From Pedobacter sp. (GTDB lineage: Bacteria > Bacteroidota > Bacteroidia > Sphingobacteriales > Sphingobacteriaceae), in the NCBI GenBank assembly GCA_041652175.1, contig JBAZHY010000001.1:305-39260 (forward strand): a stretch of 38,956 nucleotides of DNA, read 5' to 3'. Of the stretch, positions 24,481-33,015 are shown piece by piece. A program made the translations under genes and the position numbers. Below the pieces are notes generated by a model, which was not told where the DNA came from, ran no database searches, and was given only the letters and a program-made list of their open reading frames with translations. Positions within the stretch are counted from its first letter, which is position 1. Each line of letters opens with the position of its first letter.

Positions 24481-26399
24481 AAATAGTACTATTCGGAGGC
24501 TCAGGTATCTTAGGAACCGAAATGCAGAAACATTATGACCTGAATTACCCATCAAGGGCAGAGGTCAATATCACTAATATGTCTGATATCCTGATTTACT
24601 TAAAATCAATTAGACCGGATGTGGTTATCAATGGGGCAGCGGTTACGGATAACAGGATAGTTGAAAAGAATCCAATTTCTGCGATTGATACGAATATTAT
24701 AGGTTCTGCAAACTTAGCCATTGCCTGTTTATCGCTTAATATCAGATACGTTTATATTTCGACTGATTACGTTTATCCTGGGGATCATGGAAACTATCAG
24801 GAATCAGATCCGATAATGCCGTTCAATTTGTATTCATGGACAAAGTTAGGAGGCGAATGTTCAGCAGTAGCGGTTAAGAATCATTTAATTATCCGTACTT
24901 CATTTGGTGCAAATACGTTCCCATATAAAGAGGCTTTTACCGATAAATGGACTTCAAAGGATTATGTAGATCAGATTGCGCCTTTGATATATGAGGCTTC
25001 AATAAGTCCATTGACAGGAGTTTTAAATTTGGGGACAGAACGCAAGACATTGTACGATCATGCCTCAGAACGCACTGAAGTAAGCCCAGTTAAGATTTCA
25101 GATACTAACTTTGCAACGCCTTACGATACTTCATTGAACTTGCAACGATGGCAAAATTACAAAGCTGATAAGTCAATTGCAAAGCCTCACACAAATTGCA
25201 GGGTTTGCGGTTCGGATAAGTTGGTAAAATATCTTGATTTGGGATTAATGCCATTAGCAAACAATCTTGAATCAAAGGCAGTTGATGCAAAATCAAAAGA
25301 GCGTTTCCCATTACAAGTCATGTTCTGTACTGATTGTTCACTATCTCAGTTATCCGTAGTTATAGACCCTGAAAAAATGTTCAGTTATTACACGTATCGG
25401 AGTAGTGTAAATAAGCCGTATGTAGATCATTGCAGACAAATGGCAAATGATTTAAGATTATACGAGATTGACGAAAACTCATTTCATATCGACATTGCCG
25501 GGAATGATGGAACACTATTAAAAGAGTTCAAATCAGTACACAACCATAAAGTCCTAAACATTGACCCTGCATCAAACCTGACTGCAATATCAGAGGCAAA
25601 CGGAATCCCTGCAATATCTGACTTTTGGAGTCAGGACGTTGCCATTGATGTAGTGAATACATACGGAAACGCAGACTTAATCACGGCAACCAACGTATTC
25701 GCTCATTTGGATGATGTCAAAGGGTTTTTGCAGGCTTGTGAATATACTTTGTCATATAATGGAATATTGGTAATTGAAAACCCGTACCTGATAGACTTCA
25801 TTGAAAATATGGAGTTTGATACGGTTTACTTTGAGCATGTGACTTATTGGAGTTTAACGCCGCTTGTAGAGTTATGTAAGCATGTAGGTTTAACCGTTAT
25901 CGATGTTCAAAAGCAAGATATTCACGGTGGTACAATGAGGTACATAATTGCTAAGGATGAATCTTATAAACAATCTGAACAGGTAAGTAGCCTATTAATT
26001 TCTGAAATTGAATATACTTATTTATCAAAATATACTGATTGGTCAGCAAAGGTTTATGATTTGGTAGGCAACTTTTCGGCTCAATTACTTGCACTTAAGA
26101 AGTCAGGTAAAAAGATTGCAGCGTTTGCGGCTTCGGCAAAGGGCAATACCTTGCTAAACATGGCAGGCATGAACACGGATATAATTGATTTTATTGCAGA
26201 CGATACGCCTGAAAAGATTGGCAAGTTTTCACCGGGTACAGGGATTCCTATTGTCGGCATAGGGGAAGTTAAAAAGCATGAACCTGATTACATAGTTATA
26301 TTAAGTTGGAATTTTACAGATGCAATCATTGAAAGATTAAGACCTATTTACAAAGGCAAGTTTATCGTGCCTATACCTGAATTTAAAATTATAGAATGA
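24477..26399 (+). CDS. Fusion of RmlD-like NDP-4-keto-sugar reductase and NDP-hexose C-methyltransferase
   Basis: GGSGILG, YISTDYVY, YSWTK (RmlD/SDR); CRVC...CTDC Zn site, YTYRSS, DIAGNDG, FDTVYFEH, IHGGTMRY, ASAKG, LSWNF, FIVPIP (TcaB9/NovU/TylC3 family). Confidence 0.88.
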   Translation: MKIVLFGGSGILGTEMQKHYDLNYPSRAEVNITNMSDILIYLKSIRPDVVINGAAVTDNRIVEKNPISAIDTNIIGSANLAIACLSLNIRYVYISTDYVYPGDHGNYQESDPIMPFNLYSWTKLGGECSAVAVKNHLIIRTSFGANTFPYKEAFTDKWTSKDYVDQIAPLIYEASISPLTGVLNLGTERKTLYDHASERTEVSPVKISDTNFATPYDTSLNLQRWQNYKADKSIAKPHTNCRVCGSDKLVKYLDLGLMPLANNLESKAVDAKSKERFPLQVMFCTDCSLSQLSVVIDPEKMFSYYTYRSSVNKPYVDHCRQMANDLRLYEIDENSFHIDIAGNDGTLLKEFKSVHNHKVLNIDPASNLTAISEANGIPAISDFWSQDVAIDVVNTYGNADLITATNVFAHLDDVKGFLQACEYTLSYNGILVIENPYLIDFIENMEFDTVYFEHVTYWSLTPLVELCKHVGLTVIDVQKQDIHGGTMRYIIAKDESYKQSEQVSSLLISEIEYTYLSKYTDWSAKVYDLVGNFSAQLLALKKSGKKIAAFAASAKGNTLLNMAGMNTDIIDFIADDTPEKIGKFSPGTGIPIVGIGEVKKHEPDYIVILSWNFTDAIIERLRPIYKGKFIVPIPEFKIIE

Positions 26400-26400
26400 T

Positions 26401-26571
26401 ATGAGCGATATTAAGTACTGTCCTGAATGTGGCGAAAAGGCTTATATATACCGGCCAATGTATAGAAAAATAAAGCAGACGTTTTTTACTTATAAACAAT
26501 GGAGTTGCTACCAATGGGAGTGTCTGAAGTGTAAGCATAAATCAGATGAAATTTGTGAAAGAACTATTTAA
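26401..26571 (+). CDS. 56-aa zinc-ribbon protein
   Basis: Read by hand: MSDIKYCPECGEK...WECLKCKHKS; fills the gap exactly. Confidence 0.65.
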   Translation: MSDIKYCPECGEKAYIYRPMYRKIKQTFFTYKQWSCYQWECLKCKHKSDEICERTI

Positions 26572-27102
26572 ATGATTATCCACTTTATAACCCCATTTGC
26601 ACGAGATAAAAACATAGGCAGAGAATATAACTCTCGCATATCAGAACTTCCTGATGACTGCTATATCTGTCTCCGAGATCAGGACACTTTACCATTACGA
26701 CCAGACTTTGGCGCACAAATCTATCAGGTAATTGAAGCTAATCCTGACTTTCAAATTATCGGTTGCATGACTAACCGATTAAGAGCGCCGTATCAATTAG
26801 TAAACGGCAAGTTTAATTCAGATTCCGACATTTCAAATCATATTGAAATCGCTAATCAGCAATGGGATAAGTACGGTACTAAAGTAACAGAAGTCCCAAT
26901 GGTTGCCGGGATGTGCATGATATTTCATAAGTCTGTTTGGGATGAAGTAAGGTTCAAAGAGAATTCAATATTCTTTGATAAAGAATTCTGCAATTCAGCA
27001 CGTAAAAAGTTTAAGATCGGAGTAGCTAAAGGTGTGTATTTATTTCACTTGTATAGATGGGGGCAAAATAATCCGTTTACCTATGTTAAGCATTTATTAT
27101 AA
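26572..27102 (+). CDS. Minimal GT-A (GT2-like) glycosyltransferase
   Basis: NIGREYN, YICLRDQD (DxD), VAGMCMIFHKSVW..V.F.E, FDKEFC, VYLFHLYR. Confidence 0.7.
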   Translation: MIIHFITPFARDKNIGREYNSRISELPDDCYICLRDQDTLPLRPDFGAQIYQVIEANPDFQIIGCMTNRLRAPYQLVNGKFNSDSDISNHIEIANQQWDKYGTKVTEVPMVAGMCMIFHKSVWDEVRFKENSIFFDKEFCNSARKKFKIGVAKGVYLFHLYRWGQNNPFTYVKHLL

Positions 27103-27318
27103 TTATACGCATTTAAAACAATGTTTGCAATACGGTGCTTCAAAACTATTAGCGGGCACAATAAACTCATGTTTGCATTTTAGGTTTATATAAACTCCTG
27201 CATTGTTTTCAATTACATATAATACATCAATAGGCAACCTATGTTTTTCAGGATCATGATTTATAAAAACTTTATCGTGTAACCCTATTTTGCATTTTCT
27301 TTTTACTTCTTCTGTCAT
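27103..27318 (-). CDS. Small protein with C-terminal Cys/His cluster
   Basis: CKHEF...YCKHC; ATGA overlap. Confidence 0.6.
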   Translation of the reverse strand: MTEEVKRKCKIGLHDKVFINHDPEKHRLPIDVLYVIENNAGVYINLKCKHEFIVPANSFEAPYCKHCFKCV

Positions 27319-27602
27319 AAGTTACCATATTTAGGATAAGTGTAAGTAACCCGTGCTGTTTTTAAATTTTTTATAAAATCATCCCGGTCAAGACCAATTT
27401 CGACTTTGCTTATGTTTCTAATAGCATTCTTTAATTTTTCTTTATTTTTTGGGTTTAACATCTCAGCAATAATAATATTTGATGCCGGATCTTTTAAAAA
27501 TTCATTAGATACTTTTATATACAATACTTTCCTTTCTCGCTCAAAAAACTTCTTAAGTTTCTTATGTAGCTTAATTTGCGATTTCCTTATTTTTTTACCC
27601 AT
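27315..27602 (-). CDS. Basic hypothetical protein
   Basis: Middle gene of the antisense three-gene unit. Confidence 0.6.
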   Translation of the reverse strand: MGKKIRKSQIKLHKKLKKFFERERKVLYIKVSNEFLKDPASNIIIAEMLNPKNKEKLKNAIRNISKVEIGLDRDDFIKNLKTARVTYTYPKYGNL

Positions 27603-27775
27603 GTTACTTCATTTTGTTCATATCCAAATTTGGCAAACCATCTCTTAATAGTACTTTCCTTTAGTTCTCCATTTATAAACCTACGCTTAAACAAAAACGC
27701 TGCCTGAGCGGACATATACGGAGCGTACCATTTATGCTCTGATGTTATTAGTTTAAATAGTTCTGGTGTTGTCAT
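27587..27775 (-). CDS. Small hypothetical protein, possible DNA binder
   Basis: First gene after the minus-strand promoter. Confidence 0.65.
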   Translation of the reverse strand: MTTPELFKLITSEHKWYAPYMSAQAAFLFKRRFINGELKESTIKRWFAKFGYEQNEVTWVKK

Positions 27776-27785
27776 AATTCTATAT

Positions 27786-27816
27786 CAAAGCTACGCATAC
27801 AGTTCTGTATATCAAA
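27786..27816 (-). promoter_or_regulatory. Minus-strand promoter TTTG-N19-TAGCTTTG with palindrome ATACAG-TT-CTGTAT in the spacer
   Basis: Consensus boxes at canonical spacing; palindrome at 27797-27810. Confidence 0.75.
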
Positions 27817-27856
27817 ACATTCTAAGCGTATTTTTTTAATATTTAATTTTACGTCA

Positions 27857-28519
27857 ATGAATCAGCTAACGAAAGACCACAATTCCGAAATTAAGGAGCT
27901 TGACGAAAAGAAAGGCTACGTTGAGGCTATTGCTAATGCTTATAATAATGAGGATAGCGATGGGGATATCTCGCATCCTGGTTCATTCATGAAAACTGTT
28001 TCTGAGGGGCGTAAAAAGCTAAGGGTTTATAAGAATCATGATACAAGGCTTTTGGTCGGAGTACCTAAAGAGTTAAGGCCTGAACATCCTGATGGGTTGT
28101 TTACAGGTACTCAGTTCAACATGGAAACGGACTTAGGCAAGGATATGTTTAACGACATAAAGCTAATCCACTCAAACGGTCAGGAAGCTGATTTGTCAAT
28201 AGGCTATCAAGTTGTAAGACGTGACCAGAAAAACCCAAAGATAATTACTGAGTACAATCTCAGAGAATATTCATTCTTGACAAGCTGGGGAGCAAATCCA
28301 AACGCGGTTGTTTTAGGTGCAAAGTCAAGTGCTTCCGATATTATTGACCATTTAACTAAAATGTATAACCTTCCTTATTCTGATTCAAGATTAATGGAAG
28401 TAGAAAAAATACTAAAATCACTCACAACAGCGCCGGACAATTCCACCCTGAAAGATGAGCCGATTGATGCGAAACAATTATTAACTCACATTCAAAACTC
28501 ATTCCGATATGGAAATTAA
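27857..28519 (+). CDS. Prohead protease, HK97 type
   Basis: DSDGDI..PGSF.KT, YKNHD, LSIGY, LREYSFLT.WGANP.A. Confidence 0.92.
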   Translation: MNQLTKDHNSEIKELDEKKGYVEAIANAYNNEDSDGDISHPGSFMKTVSEGRKKLRVYKNHDTRLLVGVPKELRPEHPDGLFTGTQFNMETDLGKDMFNDIKLIHSNGQEADLSIGYQVVRRDQKNPKIITEYNLREYSFLTSWGANPNAVVLGAKSSASDIIDHLTKMYNLPYSDSRLMEVEKILKSLTTAPDNSTLKDEPIDAKQLLTHIQNSFRYGN

Positions 28520-29798
28520 AGAAATAACTGAAGCTATTGACTTAGCTTCTAAAGGCCTGAAAGATGGCGTAGAGGGTGCAAAAACACAAGCAACTGATGC
28601 TTTAGCTGAGGCTAAAAAAGCACTTGAGGCACTTGAGGCAAAAGCCACAAAAGAGGATATTACTGCTATCAAAGATGATTTGACAGCGAAAGTAAAAGAA
28701 TTGCAAGATCAGCATGATGCCCTGTCTACTAAAATGAATAAGAAAACAGAAACAACCGGAAAACTTAAATCATTTGAGCAGGCATTCACTGAGGCTTATA
28801 TGGAGCAAAAGGACACTATCAAAGCAATCATTGCAAATGATGGCAAACAGGATGGCCCTTTGGTATTCGATTTAAAAGAAGCAGTAACAATTGGCGACTT
28901 CAACACGATTGAGGCGGTAGGTTCTGAAAGCAATTACAGCTTAACTCAGAATACAGGTATTATCAGCCCTATCCGTAAACGTCAATTGACTTACTTGCAA
29001 AACGTATCAACTGGGTCAATGGCTAAACCTTATGCGATGTGGATTGAGGAGTTGGATGAGCAGGGCACTCCAATCTTTATTGGTGAGGGCGACACTAAAA
29101 CATTTTTGTCAGTTCGTTATGAAGAGCGTCAAATGGTTGCTAAAAAGATCGCTGTTTACGGCAAGGTTACAACCGAGTTTATGGATGACTTGCCACAACT
29201 GATGTCATACGTTCAGAACAACTTGATGAAACGTGCCGATATTGCAACTGAAACTGATTTGTTTTCGGGGCCTGGAACAGGCGACAACCTGAAAGGACTT
29301 GATGAGTATGCAACTGCATTCACAGGTTCTACAATGGCCGGGACTATTACCGATGCAAATGAGTTTGACGTTTTAATCGCTGCAATCCTGCAAGTTAAAA
29401 AAGCGTTTGGTATTCCTACAGGATTCTTTGTAAATGAGGGATTCCTTGCTAAAATGATTTCGACTAAAACCACCGTAGGGGAGTACACTAATCCAACTGC
29501 GTTTTTAGGTCGTGACGCTCAGGGTTACACAACTCTGCAAGGTGTTCGATTGATCGGAACTAACGCTTTAGATTCTTTAGGAATTGACTTCATTGGTGGT
29601 GACTTATCGGTTATCAATGTACTATTTAGACAAGGCATGAGGGTTCAGATTGGATTGGATGGAAACGATTTTATCAATAACAAGAAAACTATATTGTTAG
29701 AGCAGAGATTGGTTCAGTTCGTATCTGCTAATGATACTCAGGTGCTTGTTAAAGGTGATTTTGCAACTGCAAAGGCATTGCTTGAGGCTACAACCTAA
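28509..29798 (+). CDS. Major capsid protein, HK97 fold with N-terminal delta domain
   Basis: Coiled-coil N-terminus, FIGEG..K, KKIAVYGKVTTEFMDD, G.GTGDNLKGL. Confidence 0.93.
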   Translation: MEIKEITEAIDLASKGLKDGVEGAKTQATDALAEAKKALEALEAKATKEDITAIKDDLTAKVKELQDQHDALSTKMNKKTETTGKLKSFEQAFTEAYMEQKDTIKAIIANDGKQDGPLVFDLKEAVTIGDFNTIEAVGSESNYSLTQNTGIISPIRKRQLTYLQNVSTGSMAKPYAMWIEELDEQGTPIFIGEGDTKTFLSVRYEERQMVAKKIAVYGKVTTEFMDDLPQLMSYVQNNLMKRADIATETDLFSGPGTGDNLKGLDEYATAFTGSTMAGTITDANEFDVLIAAILQVKKAFGIPTGFFVNEGFLAKMISTKTTVGEYTNPTAFLGRDAQGYTTLQGVRLIGTNALDSLGIDFIGGDLSVINVLFRQGMRVQIGLDGNDFINNKKTILLEQRLVQFVSANDTQVLVKGDFATAKALLEATT

Positions 29799-29820
29799 GT
29801 TAAGCAACTCATAAGATAAG

Positions 29821-29855
29821 AGCCCTGTTATCTGCTAAAGGTGGCAGGGCTTTTT
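29821..29855 (+). terminator. Intrinsic terminator after the capsid gene
   Basis: AGCCCTGTTATCT-loop-AGGTGGCAGGGCT then TTTT. Confidence 0.8.
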
Positions 29856-29867
29856 AATTATCTAATC

Positions 29868-30032
29868 ATGAAAGTAGAATATATCAAATCACATAGTTCA
29901 GGGAACAGAGGGAAAATTGCAGAGGTATCGGATAGCTTCGGGCATTACCTGATTATCTCCGGTCATGCTTTGCAGTTGACTAACAAAAAGGATAAATCAA
30001 CTTATAAAACGAAAGACGATGTTTCAAAGTAA
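29868..30032 (+). CDS. Small virion-module protein, L9 N-terminal-like
   Basis: Start moved to MKVEYIK...GKIAEVSDSFGHYLI..G.A. Confidence 0.55.
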   Translation: MKVEYIKSHSSGNRGKIAEVSDSFGHYLIISGHALQLTNKKDKSTYKTKDDVSK

Positions 30033-30618
30033 GATAGTAACTGATTTAACCGAAGAACCTGTAAGCCTGCAATATTGTAAGGACTTTATGGAGATTGATT
30101 TTAGCGACTTTGATACTTTAATTACCAGACTAATTAAAGCGGCTCGTATTTCCTCTGAAAAGTTCACAGGCTTGGCATACGGGAAAAAAGAGATCCAATT
30201 AGTCAGCAATCAGTATAAAGTTGATTTGCCTTACGCTCCGTTTAAAGAGATTATCAGTTTAGTAGATAAGGATGGAAACGCTATAAGTTCAACTGATTAT
30301 AATCTATTCGGGTATGATACGCCACAAATTACGGTTGGTGTACCTTGCAGACCTGCAAATTATGACCCGTATTGGGATATTTTAGGTACTGCCTTGCGAA
30401 CTTACAACGAATGGACTTTGAACTATTATACAGGCTATTATACTCAGACAGGTTCAGTAGTTACCAATACATTACCAGAAGATTTAAAATCAGCTATCTG
30501 TATGAGAGTTGAAACGGCTTTTAAGTACAGAGCAGATGCAACTAATGAGCAAGTAAATAAAGCTATCAATACAAGTACTGAATTAGAGTTTAGTTACCGT
30601 TTAAATCCGATAGTATAA
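30019..30618 (+). CDS. Head-tail connector protein
   Basis: EPVSL..CK.FM.ID..D.D.LI..LIKAAR...EKFTG; LPEDLKSAI. Confidence 0.85.
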   Translation: MFQSKIVTDLTEEPVSLQYCKDFMEIDFSDFDTLITRLIKAARISSEKFTGLAYGKKEIQLVSNQYKVDLPYAPFKEIISLVDKDGNAISSTDYNLFGYDTPQITVGVPCRPANYDPYWDILGTALRTYNEWTLNYYTGYYTQTGSVVTNTLPEDLKSAICMRVETAFKYRADATNEQVNKAINTSTELEFSYRLNPIV

Positions 30619-30956
30619 TGACCGGGAATTATGATCAGCGAGGTACTTTTATTGACTTTCAGGATATATCTGATGGTGCAGGAGGTACAACACCTGAGCG
30701 TATTGAATTGTTACGAACTTTCATTGCTATTGACCAAATCCGATCACGTTCTGATTTAGAACAGATGGAAAGGCAATTAGAGCAGATTTATAGATTAAGG
30801 ATTAAGTATAGAGAAGCATTTACACCAACTAACTTAATGTATCTCGAATGGAACGGTTATCAATATACTATCAATTCAGTTGAATTACAAGGCACAAGGC
30901 ATAAAAGAGAATACACTATGTTAATAGTTCAGGACAGACCAATTGAAACTACGTAA
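30618..30956 (+). CDS. Head closure/head-tail adaptor protein
   Basis: SDGAGG, YRLRIKYR, WNG.QY.I.SV; synteny. Confidence 0.8.
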   Translation: MTGNYDQRGTFIDFQDISDGAGGTTPERIELLRTFIAIDQIRSRSDLEQMERQLEQIYRLRIKYREAFTPTNLMYLEWNGYQYTINSVELQGTRHKREYTMLIVQDRPIETT

Positions 30957-31432
30957 TGGCAAATGCAACGGTTAAAATACAGGGATTAAAGTCACTTGAA
31001 AATCGGTTAAAAAAGCTAAGCGAAAAGACTATTGCTGATGTAAAATTGCAAGTGTTGGATAGTGCAACGCAGATTGAGCAAGATGCTATAAGGGATGCCC
31101 CTAACTTCTTGCTGATTATGGGTAAAAAATCAGATCCAGAATCAATTAGCGTTGCTCAGTTCATAAATAAAACGCCTTTAAATAATGGATTTGCATTTGA
31201 CGTAGGGATTGAGGCAAGTAATGAGATCCCGATTTATGTAGAATTTGGAACAGGTACGGATGCAGCATCATACGTGCCTACATTGCCACAAGAAATACAA
31301 CAAGCTGCAAGGAAGTTTTATAAAAACGGTAAGGGTCGCATAATGAAACAACCATATTTAATACCAGCTTTCTTAAAAGAGAGTCCATTATTTATTGCAG
31401 AGTTAAAAAAGATACTAAAGAACAATGTTTGA
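30956..31432 (+). CDS. HK97 gp10-like tail completion protein
   Basis: I.GLKSL...L, YVEFGTG, QPYLIPAF. Confidence 0.85.
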   Translation: MANATVKIQGLKSLENRLKKLSEKTIADVKLQVLDSATQIEQDAIRDAPNFLLIMGKKSDPESISVAQFINKTPLNNGFAFDVGIEASNEIPIYVEFGTGTDAASYVPTLPQEIQQAARKFYKNGKGRIMKQPYLIPAFLKESPLFIAELKKILKNNV

Positions 31433-31883
31433 AGTACAAACCGAATTAAGGCAGTCATACTTAGCCAAACTTTCCACAATAGAAATATCGGGAACGGTAA
31501 TACCATTCTACGATGAGAGAGTTGGTGCCGAGCCTGCACAAATCGGAACTGCTATTGCTTACGGGATTATCACTAATCAAACTGCATCCGATATAATGAT
31601 AAAGTGCGGTTTTTATCAGGATTGTTCTATTACAATTGACATAGTGACTAAGTTCCCAAAGCAAAAAGGGGGGAAACTACTTTCAGAACAAATATCAAAT
31701 GAGGTTCTGCAATTACTTAGAACTGGCAATACTTTAGATTACCCGACTATGGATAACTTTCAGATTGTAACGGTTCGCAAGACCTTAGACAGAGGACTGA
31801 CCGAGGACAATGTAGCTGATACGGTATATCGCAAAATATTAATATTCACACATAAAATTAAACAGATTTCAACAACCACTTAA
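31425..31883 (+). CDS. Tail terminator protein (putative)
   Basis: Position before the tail tube, size, IPFYD and SITIDIVT motifs. Confidence 0.7.
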   Translation: MFEVQTELRQSYLAKLSTIEISGTVIPFYDERVGAEPAQIGTAIAYGIITNQTASDIMIKCGFYQDCSITIDIVTKFPKQKGGKLLSEQISNEVLQLLRTGNTLDYPTMDNFQIVTVRKTLDRGLTEDNVADTVYRKILIFTHKIKQISTTT

Positions 31884-31894
31884 AACAAATAATT

Positions 31895-32326
31895 ATGGCA
31901 ACTTTTGTAAATGGGGATGATAGCATCCTGTACATTCTAAGAAATTCGGAATACGTTCCAATCGCTTGCTTAACTTCAAGCGGAACGGCTGAAACCGTAA
32001 CTTTTAATGAGGTTCAAACTAAATGCGATCCTGGAGTAATTCAGGTAACGCCAAACGCTTACAGTTACAACAAACCTTTAGAGGGTCTGCTTACAGATAC
32101 AACCTCAGTTGGTGGCGATACTGCTTTGGCGTCTTGGGATTACCTGAAAGGCTTAATGAGGGCAAAAACTTTGATTTACTGGAAAGAAGAAATCGGCAAT
32201 CCTGCATTTGTTACTGAATACGGCGAGGGTTATCTTGAGAACTTGGAATTGACTTCACCGGCAGGCGAGAATATCACTTTCACAGGTTCAATCAAAGGTA
32301 ACGGAGAGATTTCACAAACAACCTAA
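31895..32326 (+). CDS. Major tail tube protein
   Basis: NGDDSILY..PIACLTS...G.GYLENLEL.SPA.E.ITFTGSI.G.G; synteny. Confidence 0.85.
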   Translation: MATFVNGDDSILYILRNSEYVPIACLTSSGTAETVTFNEVQTKCDPGVIQVTPNAYSYNKPLEGLLTDTTSVGGDTALASWDYLKGLMRAKTLIYWKEEIGNPAFVTEYGEGYLENLELTSPAGENITFTGSIKGNGEISQTT

Positions 32327-32329
32327 TTT

Positions 32330-32707
32330 ATGGCAGAGATTTTCAAAATACCTGTAAACGGTAAGGATATGGATTTCCATTGTGGGACGTATGCGACTGA
32401 AAAGACGCTTGAAGCGATGGGGATTTCATTATCCGATATAGGTGAATCATTAGATAAAAAATTTGTTCCAACAATTAGACATTTTATATACTTTTCGGCA
32501 AAGGATGCACAAAGGCTAAAGACTGAAAAAGGTCAGGCTATTGATTTCCCTTATGAGCCTGATAATGTATATGATTGGCTTGATGAATGGGGCGGCGGTA
32601 ATTCGCCAAAGGTTGCAGAGTTTACAGCCAAACTTCTTGTGGCATTGTTTGGCACTCAGGAAGAACCGGAGCAAAAAAAAAGTATGAACGATCAAGCGTC
32701 CGAATAA
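32330..32707 (+). CDS. Tail assembly chaperone (gpG analogue)
   Basis: Between tube and tape measure genes; A9 slippery run at its 3' end. Confidence 0.8.
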   Translation: MAEIFKIPVNGKDMDFHCGTYATEKTLEAMGISLSDIGESLDKKFVPTIRHFIYFSAKDAQRLKTEKGQAIDFPYEPDNVYDWLDEWGGGNSPKVAEFTAKLLVALFGTQEEPEQKKSMNDQASE

Positions 32708-33015
32708 ACTGGCGTAAGGATATACTTCAGGTCGCAGTAGGTGAGATTGGATTAACGTATGATTATTTTTATAGCCTTTCGCTTGCAGAATACTACGTTA
32801 TTTTAGATGGGTATAGAGTAAAGCAACTTGAAGAACTAAAAACAATCAGGTGGCAGACTTGGCAAATAGTGAGGCATAATCCATTCTTAAAAACGCCTCC
32901 TGCAAGTCCTGAAAAGTTATTGAAGTTTGCAGACGAGGAAGCAGCAGACGAACAAAGAATACAAAAGGCAGCTGAAAAATTAAAGCAAGCAATTAAAAAT
33001 CATGGCAGACGCTGA
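32680..33015 (+). CDS. -1 frameshift extension of the chaperone (gpGT analogue)
   Basis: ATG-less -1 frame KYERSSVRINWRKDILQVAVGEIGL...FYSLSLAEY...NHGRR, entered at A AAA AAA (32674-32680). Confidence 0.8.
   Translation, partial: KYERSSVRINWRKDILQVAVGEIGLTYDYFYSLSLAEYYVILDGYRVKQLEELKTIRWQTWQIVRHNPFLKTPPASPEKLLKFADEEAADEQRIQKAAEKLKQAIKNHGRR

Noticed and set aside
22198-27102. Glycan cassette as a DNA hypermodification system
   Set aside because: No hydroxymethylase, TET/JBP, nucleotide kinase or phage DNA polymerase was recognised to create a sugar acceptor base; disfavoured but not excluded
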